Below the pieces are notes generated by a model. That model was not told the DNA's origin, searched no databases, and worked only from the letters and a program-made list of their open reading frames with translations. Source: a virus (Duplodnaviria; Caudoviricetes). Taken from it: a stretch of 64,000 bases of DNA. Both the position numbers and the translations under genes were made by a program. Where the stretch lies: IMG/VR virus record IMGVR_UViG_3300030376_004189, positions 13,820-77,819 of that record, one strand, 5' to 3'. Shown piece by piece: positions 40,194 through 48,455 of the stretch (the stretch's first letter is position 1; every line of letters starts with the position of its first letter).

Positions 40194-42179
40194 ATGAAAG
40201 ACATAATACCCGCAAAGAAAGAGAGCCCAATTTTAGGATTGAGTGGTATGGGTGGTGGAGTTGGTAGTAATTTAGGTGGGAGTGCTGGTAGTGGAGAGTA
40301 TATTGACAATATTTTCAGTACATATCTCTGGAGAGGTACGGGTAGTGCAATAACTGTAAATAATGGACTTGATTTGTCTGGTGAAGGGGGTATGGTTTGG
40401 GTAAAGAAAAGAGATGGAGGTTCAGATCACAATATTGTTGATACTGCAAGAGGTGTTTCCGCAGGGAGATTAAGAGCAAATAATGCTTCTACTGAAAGTG
40501 GTACGAATTATGTTGCTTCAATTACTTCAACAGGATTCGTAACAGGAACAGATAGTGATGTTACTAGTAGTGCAAACAAATTTGTCTCATACTCATTCCG
40601 CAAAGCACCTGGATTCTTTGATGTAATTACCTACACAGGAAATGGTGTTGCTGGTAGGACTGTAGATCATAATTTAGGTAGTGTTCCTGGAATGGTTATA
40701 ATTAAGATTCGTGATAATATACAGCAAAATTGGGTTGTGTATCATAGGTCCCTTGGAAATACTGGAGCTCTTTTGTTTGATGATAATGGTGCTATAACTA
40801 CATCATCATCATATTGGAATAATACTTCTCCTACTTCTACTAATTTTACGGTGGGTACTGATAATATGATGAATGGTACTGGTTATAATTACGTAGCTTA
40901 TGTTTTTGCACATAATGATGAGACGTTGGGAGATAAGGGTAATACTGATGTCATACAGTGCGGGGGTTACACAGGTAACGGATCAACTAGCGGACCAGTG
41001 ATTAATTTAGGATGGGAACCTCAATGGGTATTGATAAAACGTATAAATGCTGCTGAAGATTGGATTCTTGTTGATTCAATGCGTGGACTACCTACTGATG
41101 GTAATGACCCTGAAATACGAGTAAACTATACAGGTGCTGAACAACAAGTTGCAAGAAATTGGTTAGATGTGAGTCCGACAGGTTTTCAGCTAAAAAGTAC
41201 CCCTCCCCATTCAAATGGAAATGGTGATACTTACATGTATTGTGCAATCCGAAGGCCCGATGGTAATGTAGGAAAACCAGTAGAGACAGCTACGTCAGTA
41301 TTCGCTATGGATGATGGTAATGGTGTTAATACTACTCCTAACTTTGATAGTGGATTCCCTGTTGATTTTGCATTGTTAAGGCAACAATCTAGTACTTCTA
41401 CTTGGTATACAGCAGCAAGACTTGTAGGTGGACAATATCAAGAAATTAATAACCACAATGCAGAATCAACAATTTCAACCTGGACATTTGATAGTAATTC
41501 TGGTTGGCAAAGTAATGGTAATGGTGGAGCATGGCAATCATGGATGTGGAAACGCCACGCTGGTTTTGATGTAACTAGTTACGTGGGAAATGGAAATGCA
41601 GGTCATGCAGTGCCACACTCAATGGGTGCTATTCCAGAAATGATTTGGGTGAAGAATAGAGACAGGACAGGTACGGATTGGATGGTCTACCACAAAGGAT
41701 TAAATGGAGGAACTGACCCTTATAATAAAGCGATTCTGATTAATCATACTGATGGTGAAGTGAATAACAATAGTCATTACGGAGCCGCACCAACAGCAAC
41801 AGATTTTACAGTTGGAACTAGTGGCAGCACTAATTATAATAATGATTATATGCAGGCTATACTCTTCGCCAGCGTTCCAGGTATCAGCAAGGTTGGATCA
41901 TATACAGGTAGTGGAAATAATATAACAATAGATTTAGGATTTACTCCTAGATTTTTTCTATGTAAAGCAAGAGTTCAATCTCAAGCTACTTTTTGGGCGA
42001 CATTTGATAGTGTAAGGGGTATTTCAAGTGGAACAACTCCTAGACTTTCTTTAAATACTACTGCTCCACAAGATAATGGTACATATGTGTCTACTACATC
42101 AACAGGGATAACTCTAAACAATGGTTATTATTATCAAAATGAATCTGGTTATGAATACATATATTATGCTCATGCTTGA
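40194..42179 (+). CDS. fibre array class C tip protein without LamG (copy 5)
   Basis: 661 aa; class C backbone, distinct SPILGLSGMGGG N-terminus; ends YIYYAHA. Confidence 0.75.
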   Translation: MKDIIPAKKESPILGLSGMGGGVGSNLGGSAGSGEYIDNIFSTYLWRGTGSAITVNNGLDLSGEGGMVWVKKRDGGSDHNIVDTARGVSAGRLRANNASTESGTNYVASITSTGFVTGTDSDVTSSANKFVSYSFRKAPGFFDVITYTGNGVAGRTVDHNLGSVPGMVIIKIRDNIQQNWVVYHRSLGNTGALLFDDNGAITTSSSYWNNTSPTSTNFTVGTDNMMNGTGYNYVAYVFAHNDETLGDKGNTDVIQCGGYTGNGSTSGPVINLGWEPQWVLIKRINAAEDWILVDSMRGLPTDGNDPEIRVNYTGAEQQVARNWLDVSPTGFQLKSTPPHSNGNGDTYMYCAIRRPDGNVGKPVETATSVFAMDDGNGVNTTPNFDSGFPVDFALLRQQSSTSTWYTAARLVGGQYQEINNHNAESTISTWTFDSNSGWQSNGNGGAWQSWMWKRHAGFDVTSYVGNGNAGHAVPHSMGAIPEMIWVKNRDRTGTDWMVYHKGLNGGTDPYNKAILINHTDGEVNNNSHYGAAPTATDFTVGTSGSTNYNNDYMQAILFASVPGISKVGSYTGSGNNITIDLGFTPRFFLCKARVQSQATFWATFDSVRGISSGTTPRLSLNTTAPQDNGTYVSTTSTGITLNNGYYYQNESGYEYIYYAHA

Positions 42180-42213
42180 TTCTATAAATATATAAAAAAG
42201 TAGTAGAAGAGAA

Positions 42214-43860
42214 ATGCCGTTAAGTAATGCCTCAAGACTAGCTGATTTTGGAACGGGTATTGGTACTGCTGGTGCTATTATCCAAGTTGATAATGCGAAT
42301 CAAAGATTAGGAGTTGGAACCACTGCTCCTACTGCAACTTTGGGGGTTGCTGGTATTGTTAGTGCTACTGCTTTTTATGGAGATGGATCAAATCTTGATG
42401 GTGTTGCAAGTGCAGGTTTAGGAACAGCATTAAGTGAAGAAGAGTTTAATCCTTTAACAGTTATATACCAGACAAGTGATACTTTAAGTGTTGGTGCAAC
42501 AATAACTGTAGATCCACCTGATGCAACATCAAAGGTAGCATATACACAGTATGCAGAGGTTAAATTAGAAGGTGATGCAGATTTAATTGTTGCTGATGGA
42601 GATGATTTTATACCAGATATTTTAGGTTTATCTACAGAAGGATTTAGTTTTAGTAATGCAAATGGTAATGGAATATTTGATACAGTATATACAGATAATA
42701 TAGAGAATGCAGCAGGTAGAGGTGCTCCAAACTTCCCATTAGGAATTACTGTATCAGGTATTTCTACTTTAAGTGGTAACGTTTCTATCGGTGGAACTCT
42801 TACTTATGAAGATGTAACGAATGTTGATTCAGTTGGACTAATTACTGCAAGAAGTGGTATTGATATTACTGCTGGTGGTTTAGATGTTACTTCTGGACTA
42901 GTATCACTTGGAGATAATACAAATGCAGATTCTCAATTAACTATTACAAATTCACAAGGTGATTGTATTAGATTGAGAAGTAAGTCTGATAGTAATGCAT
43001 TTAAGTATGGAATTATTAAGCAGGAACCATATAACAATAATTCTGTTGGTTTGCAGATTATAGGTGGTAAATCAGATTCTGGATATAGTGAAATTGCTAT
43101 TGGTGGAGGAATTGATGGTGGTTATGCTGCAACACAAATAGATTTTTATACTGGTGCAACCACAACAACAACAACTGGAACAAGACGACTTCGCATAGGA
43201 AGTGCAGGTCAACTTGGTATTGGTGGTGCTAACTATGGAACATCAGGTCAAGTCTTAACCAGTGGTGGTGGTAGTGCTGCTCCTCAATGGGCAGATGCTG
43301 GTGGTGGTGCATGGGAAGTTGTTTCAACAACTTTATTATCAGGTTCTGTCACATATCTTGACTTTAATAACTGGAGTAATGCATATCAAAGATATCAGTT
43401 AGTTATGAACGATCTTTATTATAGTAATACTCTTTTCAAGGTTTATTTGAGAATTTATCAGGATTCTACTTCAGGTAATACTGGAACTCTTAAAACTGCA
43501 AGTCAATATGGTTACGGTTCTATGGATGGTCAAGAAGCTTGGGGTGGCATGTCTTCAGTGCCAAGACAAGGAACTTTTAGTAATTATGCTAAATTAGCGT
43601 ATAATAGAGATATTACAGTGCTAGATTCGGCAGAGTATAATTTTGGTATGCGAACTACAACGCAGAGTAATAGTTATCCGTATTGGTATGGAACGATGAA
43701 TAGAAATGCAAACGTTCATCTTGCTGATAACGGGATGTATAATACTGATAAAACCGAATTTATGACAGGTATTCGTTTATATTTCTTTGCTAGTGATGGA
43801 ACTACTGCAATCAGTCCTAGTCAAGGAAGAATAACTCTTCTCCGAATGAAGTATAGTTAA
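42214..43860 (+). CDS. fibre array class D protein (copy 2)
   Basis: 548 aa; paralog of 25441 with 46-bp identical DNA block (43272-43317 = 26412-26457). Confidence 0.75.
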   Translation: MPLSNASRLADFGTGIGTAGAIIQVDNANQRLGVGTTAPTATLGVAGIVSATAFYGDGSNLDGVASAGLGTALSEEEFNPLTVIYQTSDTLSVGATITVDPPDATSKVAYTQYAEVKLEGDADLIVADGDDFIPDILGLSTEGFSFSNANGNGIFDTVYTDNIENAAGRGAPNFPLGITVSGISTLSGNVSIGGTLTYEDVTNVDSVGLITARSGIDITAGGLDVTSGLVSLGDNTNADSQLTITNSQGDCIRLRSKSDSNAFKYGIIKQEPYNNNSVGLQIIGGKSDSGYSEIAIGGGIDGGYAATQIDFYTGATTTTTTGTRRLRIGSAGQLGIGGANYGTSGQVLTSGGGSAAPQWADAGGGAWEVVSTTLLSGSVTYLDFNNWSNAYQRYQLVMNDLYYSNTLFKVYLRIYQDSTSGNTGTLKTASQYGYGSMDGQEAWGGMSSVPRQGTFSNYAKLAYNRDITVLDSAEYNFGMRTTTQSNSYPYWYGTMNRNANVHLADNGMYNTDKTEFMTGIRLYFFASDGTTAISPSQGRITLLRMKYS

Positions 43861-43890
43861 TCACCTAAATATCTAAAAAAGTAATAAACA

Positions 43891-45855
43891 ATGTCACAGA
43901 TACAAGTTGATAACATCTATAATAAAGAGGCAACGGGATCTCCTAATTTTCCATTAGGTGCAAATGTTACTGGTGTTGTTACTGCTACTACATTTAAGGG
44001 TGGTGCAGAGATTACGAGTGGAACGATTAGTGCAACAAGTGTTACTGCTGCAAGTGGAACATTTAATGGTCCTGTGACGATTGGTGGAACTTTAACATAC
44101 GAAGATGTAACTAATATTGATTCAGTTGGTGTTATAACTGCAAGGAATGGTATTAAAGTAAATGCGGGTGGTATTGATATTGATGGTGGTGGTATTGATA
44201 TAACTGGTAATATAGGTCTTGGTGGTGCTACTTATGGTGCAGCAGGTGAGGTATTAACTTCTGGTGGTAGTGGTGCTAATGCTACATGGACAGCAATTAG
44301 TGCTGCTCCAGAAATATCTTCTAATGCAGCAAGTGGTATTAGTGCTGGATCAGCAGTTTCTATAAACAGTAGTGGTCAAATTGCTGGAATTACTTCTTCA
44401 ACTATTGGAAAAACTCCTAATTCTGATGGTTCAGGACTTTTTACAAGTAATTCAGAAACAGGAGATGGTAATACTACTATATCTAGTAATTCTGCTAGTA
44501 ATAAGTATAGACATCTTGCATATGATCCAGACAATAATATTATGATAGCTCAGTTTAAAGCTAATAATAATGCTATAGTAATCAGAGCTTATAAACTTGC
44601 TAGTGACGGCACTTGGGCTACTTCATCTGGTGGTTATGAATTAAGCAACCAAGATTATACTTTTTCATCAATTTGTTATGCAGGACAAGGTAGATTTGTA
44701 TCAGCATATCGGGATACCAGTGGTAATATGAGGTGCAGAGTTCTCACTGTTAATACAACCACATACGAAATAACAGTTGGAGGACAAGAATATGTAAGTG
44801 GTTCTGCTTTTACTATACAGAACGATACAAGTCAGAGATATCAGACTCGTTGTATTTGGCATCCACCAACTAATAAAATTATATTTGCATATTGTCAGAG
44901 TGGTCAGACATATTATCGTGCAACTTATGGTACGATGAATTATTCTAGTAATATCGTTGACACTTGGGGTTCTGATTATCTAATGTGGGGTTCAACTGAA
45001 ACTTTCATAATAAACGATAGTCCTGCTTTCGCTTATGATCCTGATACACAGAAAATAATATTTTATGCTTTCTATAACGGAAGCACTGCATCAGTATCTG
45101 CTATAGCAATCACAATAAATGCTAGTAGCATAACTATGGGTACAAGATATGAGGTTCAGCAGGGTTCTGGTATGGCCTCTAATAATATGAGTGTGGGTTA
45201 TGATACTCTACGTAATAAAGCTGTATTTTCTTGGAAAAATAACTCTAATAATTGGCACATGAGAATTGCTAATGTTGCCTCAAATGGTACTATGACTACT
45301 GTTGATGGAGATACCATTGTAACAGGTCAAAGTGCAGGTCATTGTCAATATGCTACTATGACATGTGTTGGTAATGGATTAGTTGCTTTTATATGGAGTG
45401 ATAATCAGTTTGGTAACATGCATATGAAAATAGGTGAGATTCGATCTAATAATACAATGCACATTGGATCTTCACCTGAAGCTAAAGTTATAGCTAGTGG
45501 TACTTTTGAACCAAGAAGTGCTGTTTATAATAGTGCAGTAAAAAGAGTTACTGTATTTTATTATTATAGCGGTGGAGCACTTTCAAACTTACAAAGTGCT
45601 GCAGTTAGTACCGTAAATAGTAATTCTAATGGTTATGTGGGTATTGCGAATACTACAGTTACGAGTGGTCAATCTTTGGTTGTAAGAACATTTGGAGGCA
45701 CAACTTCTACTTTAAGCGGTCTTTCAACAGGTTCTACTTATTATGTTCAATCAAATGGAACCTTTTCAACAACAGCAGATGCTGATGTCGCAGCTAATCC
45801 AAGTGTAGTAGGTGGAGTTGCCTTAAATGGAACTACTATGTTAGTTAAGAGTTAG
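43891..45855 (+). CDS. fibre array class A receptor-binding protein (copy 5)
   Basis: 654 aa; class A termini. Confidence 0.75.
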   Translation: MSQIQVDNIYNKEATGSPNFPLGANVTGVVTATTFKGGAEITSGTISATSVTAASGTFNGPVTIGGTLTYEDVTNIDSVGVITARNGIKVNAGGIDIDGGGIDITGNIGLGGATYGAAGEVLTSGGSGANATWTAISAAPEISSNAASGISAGSAVSINSSGQIAGITSSTIGKTPNSDGSGLFTSNSETGDGNTTISSNSASNKYRHLAYDPDNNIMIAQFKANNNAIVIRAYKLASDGTWATSSGGYELSNQDYTFSSICYAGQGRFVSAYRDTSGNMRCRVLTVNTTTYEITVGGQEYVSGSAFTIQNDTSQRYQTRCIWHPPTNKIIFAYCQSGQTYYRATYGTMNYSSNIVDTWGSDYLMWGSTETFIINDSPAFAYDPDTQKIIFYAFYNGSTASVSAIAITINASSITMGTRYEVQQGSGMASNNMSVGYDTLRNKAVFSWKNNSNNWHMRIANVASNGTMTTVDGDTIVTGQSAGHCQYATMTCVGNGLVAFIWSDNQFGNMHMKIGEIRSNNTMHIGSSPEAKVIASGTFEPRSAVYNSAVKRVTVFYYYSGGALSNLQSAAVSTVNSNSNGYVGIANTTVTSGQSLVVRTFGGTTSTLSGLSTGSTYYVQSNGTFSTTADADVAANPSVVGGVALNGTTMLVKS

Positions 45856-45871
45856 TTTAGGACAAAATACT

Positions 45872-45916
45872 AACTGGCACACAAAATATTTCCCGTAGAT
45901 AGAAATCGGTTATACT
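45872..45916 (+). promoter_or_regulatory. early-type promoter with upstream AACTGGCACA box
   Basis: AACTGGCACA at 45872 and TATACT at 45911; identical 39-nt offset in the copy at 49546/49585. Confidence 0.55.
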
Positions 45917-46031
45917 TTAGAGGTCGCACAAAATTATGTGAATTTGACCTCATCAGAAAAACTAGTGTTTATAGCATCCTTTGTATGGATGATGAATTGG
46001 GGTGTTCGTTTAACACAGTCTTTTCTAAATT

Positions 46032-46469
46032 ATGCACTATCTTGAAACAACAGGATACAACTATAGTAAAGTAAGGTGTGAACGTATTGTAAAATGGTTC
46101 GTGAATGCTTACCTTCCTCGCTATAAAATCAGTATCAATGTAGATCATCTTGGATTATTAAGACAAGGTGTGTTTGGTTGGATGTGGGCATCTGATTGTG
46201 ATTACAGACCTCGTGAATTTGAGATTGAGATCCATAATCGTATGACACCAGAGAACTACACCAAAACCCTCTTACACGAGCTGTGGCACGTTCATCAGCA
46301 CGTTAAGGGTCTTCTTAAGGATAAGCACAATAAACGTCTCTGGAAGGGTATAGACCACTCCGAGACTGATTATAAAAATCAACCTTGGGAGAAGCAAGCG
46401 ATCACAATGGAAGAGTATCTTTATACTCAATATTCCCACTATCTTACAAGATCTAATCTTTCTTTATAA
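46032..46469 (+). CDS. putative zinc metallopeptidase-like protein (HExxH)
   Basis: 145 aa; TLLHELWHVHQH followed by PWEKQA. Confidence 0.6.
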   Translation: MHYLETTGYNYSKVRCERIVKWFVNAYLPRYKISINVDHLGLLRQGVFGWMWASDCDYRPREFEIEIHNRMTPENYTKTLLHELWHVHQHVKGLLKDKHNKRLWKGIDHSETDYKNQPWEKQAITMEEYLYTQYSHYLTRSNLSL

Positions 46470-46678
46470 TGACAAAAACTGCAATTAAAACAGAGTTTCT
46501 TTGTGTTAAACCACGTTCAGAGTATGCACAAGAAATGTTTGAGAACTCTATGTATAAACTACACTCATGTAGAGTAGTATGGAGAAGAAACGGTGAAATT
46601 GGTCTTGAATCAATTACTAATCGTTTTGACTTTACAATCCGTGAATGTGGTGATGATGATTGGGATATTATTACATGA
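46469..46678 (+). CDS. hypothetical protein
   Basis: 69-aa ORF coupled to the previous stop. Confidence 0.6.
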   Translation: MTKTAIKTEFLCVKPRSEYAQEMFENSMYKLHSCRVVWRRNGEIGLESITNRFDFTIRECGDDDWDIIT

Positions 46679-46694
46679 TTAAATAGGTGTAGAA

Positions 46695-46880
46695 ATGGAT
46701 ATTACAGCAATGTTTGCCGTTCTTATCGCTGGACTTATGGAATGCTCTGATATTCAGGGTATCATAGAGACTGTTCAGTCTGATAGGAATTTATCATCTG
46801 AAACTAAAACAGAATTAGTTGAAATACTACTTCAAGGAACCCCACAATGCGAATTAAATGACGGATCAGAAAATGCTTGA
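46695..46880 (+). CDS. hypothetical protein
   Basis: 61-aa ORF; TAAATA at ~46680. Confidence 0.55.
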   Translation: MDITAMFAVLIAGLMECSDIQGIIETVQSDRNLSSETKTELVEILLQGTPQCELNDGSENA

Positions 46881-47184
46881 TGAAACTAAGCAGGAAAAAT
46901 GGGATCGTGGTAAGACTCTTATGCTGGAGTCTTTACATAAACCTGATGATAGATTGAGAGGATGTGCCCACAATCAAGAATGTTACCATGAATTGTTGGA
47001 GATAAGAGATCAAGTAATTGAAATGGTTAGAGATATGCCTAATCCACATACTCCACCATTATCATTTGGTAAGAAGAATAATCATGTAGAACCTACCATT
47101 GAAACACCAAATGGTGACATCAGTGAGACTCTCATGAGTGGTGCTTTAGGTGCATATTATATGTCAGAGAAGAGAGAGTATTAG
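46858..47184 (+). CDS. hypothetical protein
   Basis: 108-aa ORF. Confidence 0.6.
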   Translation: MTDQKMLDETKQEKWDRGKTLMLESLHKPDDRLRGCAHNQECYHELLEIRDQVIEMVRDMPNPHTPPLSFGKKNNHVEPTIETPNGDISETLMSGALGAYYMSEKREY

Positions 47185-47319
47185 GTATAAATTTTTGTTG
47201 CATTAAGTTGTCATTTCAAGACATTTATGTTATAAATAATAGTAGTCACCGAGAGGTACATTTAAGAGGTAACAATGCATTAAAGGTGTATATTATGAGT
47301 AAATTTATGGAGAAGATTA

Positions 47320-47469
47320 ATGCACAATTTAATTTCATACAATCAACTAGCAGGAGAGGAAACCTTTGATCCCGATAATGATTTAATCGCAGACTATTAC
47401 CAGTGTTTAATCGAATGTGATGATAGTCAATCAGTTTGTAAACGCATATGTAAGGAGGTTCTAGTATAA
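47320..47469 (+). CDS. 49-aa twin-Cx3C peptide (not in supplied ORF track)
   Basis: MHNLISYNQLAGEETFDPDNDLIADYYQCLIECDDSQSVCKRICKEVLV; GGAG RBS at ~47309; TATAAATA upstream at 47231. Confidence 0.7.
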   Translation: MHNLISYNQLAGEETFDPDNDLIADYYQCLIECDDSQSVCKRICKEVLV

Positions 47470-47521
47470 TGTTAACACACTCACATCCACCTTAAATAGA
47501 CCATAAAACATAAGAATTAAT

Positions 47522-47557
47522 AACCCCGTTGACATTTTGTTGATGGGGTTTTATAAT
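47522..47557 (+). promoter_or_regulatory. consensus sigma70 promoter overlapping a terminator-like hairpin
   Basis: TTGACA 47529-47534, N17, TATAAT 47552-47557, within AACCCC...GGGGTT inverted repeat. Confidence 0.75.
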
Positions 47558-47578
47558 GTAATCAATTATGAGGAAAAA

Positions 47579-47719
47579 ATGGAAGGCGAAGGTGATCTAG
47601 TAGCAGAACTCTTAACAATTACTGCTGAATTGGGTGGAAAGATGGAAAGACTTACTTGTTATAATCGTGATACAACATGGAAGAAGATTGAGATAATATA
47701 TGGTAAAGAGGATTTATGA
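47579..47719 (+). CDS. hypothetical protein (start moved to 47579)
   Basis: 46 aa MEGEGDLV...; GAGG RBS; the longer 47537 start lies inside the promoter. Confidence 0.55.
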   Translation: MEGEGDLVAELLTITAELGGKMERLTCYNRDTTWKKIEIIYGKEDL

Positions 47720-47904
47720 TACATAACACAGATGCTATGGAAGACATGAACAATCCATTAAGTCCAGTTAAGATGGTGAGAGAAACTTACTCACGTTGGT
47801 TGCAGAAGAATATAACTGAAGTTCAGGTTCAGTTTAGGGATGAAGAACCTGCATGGATACCTTACACTACACTATTAGCAATGCAAGAAACAAATGAAAG
47901 ATGA
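47716..47904 (+). CDS. hypothetical protein
   Basis: 62-aa ORF with ATGA overlap; EVQVQF..EEPAWIPY motif. Confidence 0.6.
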   Translation: MIHNTDAMEDMNNPLSPVKMVRETYSRWLQKNITEVQVQFRDEEPAWIPYTTLLAMQETNER

Positions 47905-48430
47905 ACTCCTAGAACTCATAAAGAAGTATGCTTACAAAAAGGGTGAATATACCCTCTCATCAGGTAAGAAAAGTGAACACTACGTTAATTGTAAACCTGT
48001 AACTTTAAGTGGTAGAGGTTTAACATTAGCTAGTCTACTAATGTTAAAGGAAGTGGATACAACTTATGTTGCTGGTCTTACATTAGGTGCTGATCCTCTA
48101 GTGAGTGGAGTTGCATTAGTTTCTGCTCTTGATAGTAGGATGGTTAATGCACTAATTGTAAGGAAAGAAGCAAAAGGACATGGGACACAAGCATGGATTG
48201 AAGGATTACTTCCACCAGAGAAAACAAAGGTAACTGTATTGGAAGATGTTATCACAACAGGTGGATCTGCTATCAAGGCAGTAGAGAAACTTCGTGATGC
48301 TGGATATGAGGTGGACACTGTGGTTTCTATAGTTGATAGACAAGAAGATGACGAGGCAAATGAGGCAATGAAATTGTCAGGATTACAACTCAAAAGTATC
48401 TTTTCTTTAGAGGACATTGCATCTATATAA
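47894..48430 (+). CDS. pyrE: orotate phosphoribosyltransferase
   Basis: 178 aa; TLSSGKKSEHYVNCK, VRKEAKGHG, PRPP-binding VLEDVITTGGS. Confidence 0.92.
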   Translation: MKDELLELIKKYAYKKGEYTLSSGKKSEHYVNCKPVTLSGRGLTLASLLMLKEVDTTYVAGLTLGADPLVSGVALVSALDSRMVNALIVRKEAKGHGTQAWIEGLLPPEKTKVTVLEDVITTGGSAIKAVEKLRDAGYEVDTVVSIVDRQEDDEANEAMKLSGLQLKSIFSLEDIASI

Positions 48431-48455
48431 TAACAGTTTTGTATAGATTATTACA

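Noticed and set aside
14142-45855. Diversity-generating retroelement acting on the fibre tips
   Set aside because: No reverse transcriptase in the window and no template/variable repeat pair differing only at adenines; the shared blocks differ at all four bases.
12280-45855. Shufflon / invertible tail-fibre switch
   Set aside because: All repeats and genes are in direct orientation and no serine or tyrosine recombinase is present; direct repeats give deletion, duplication or conversion, not inversion.
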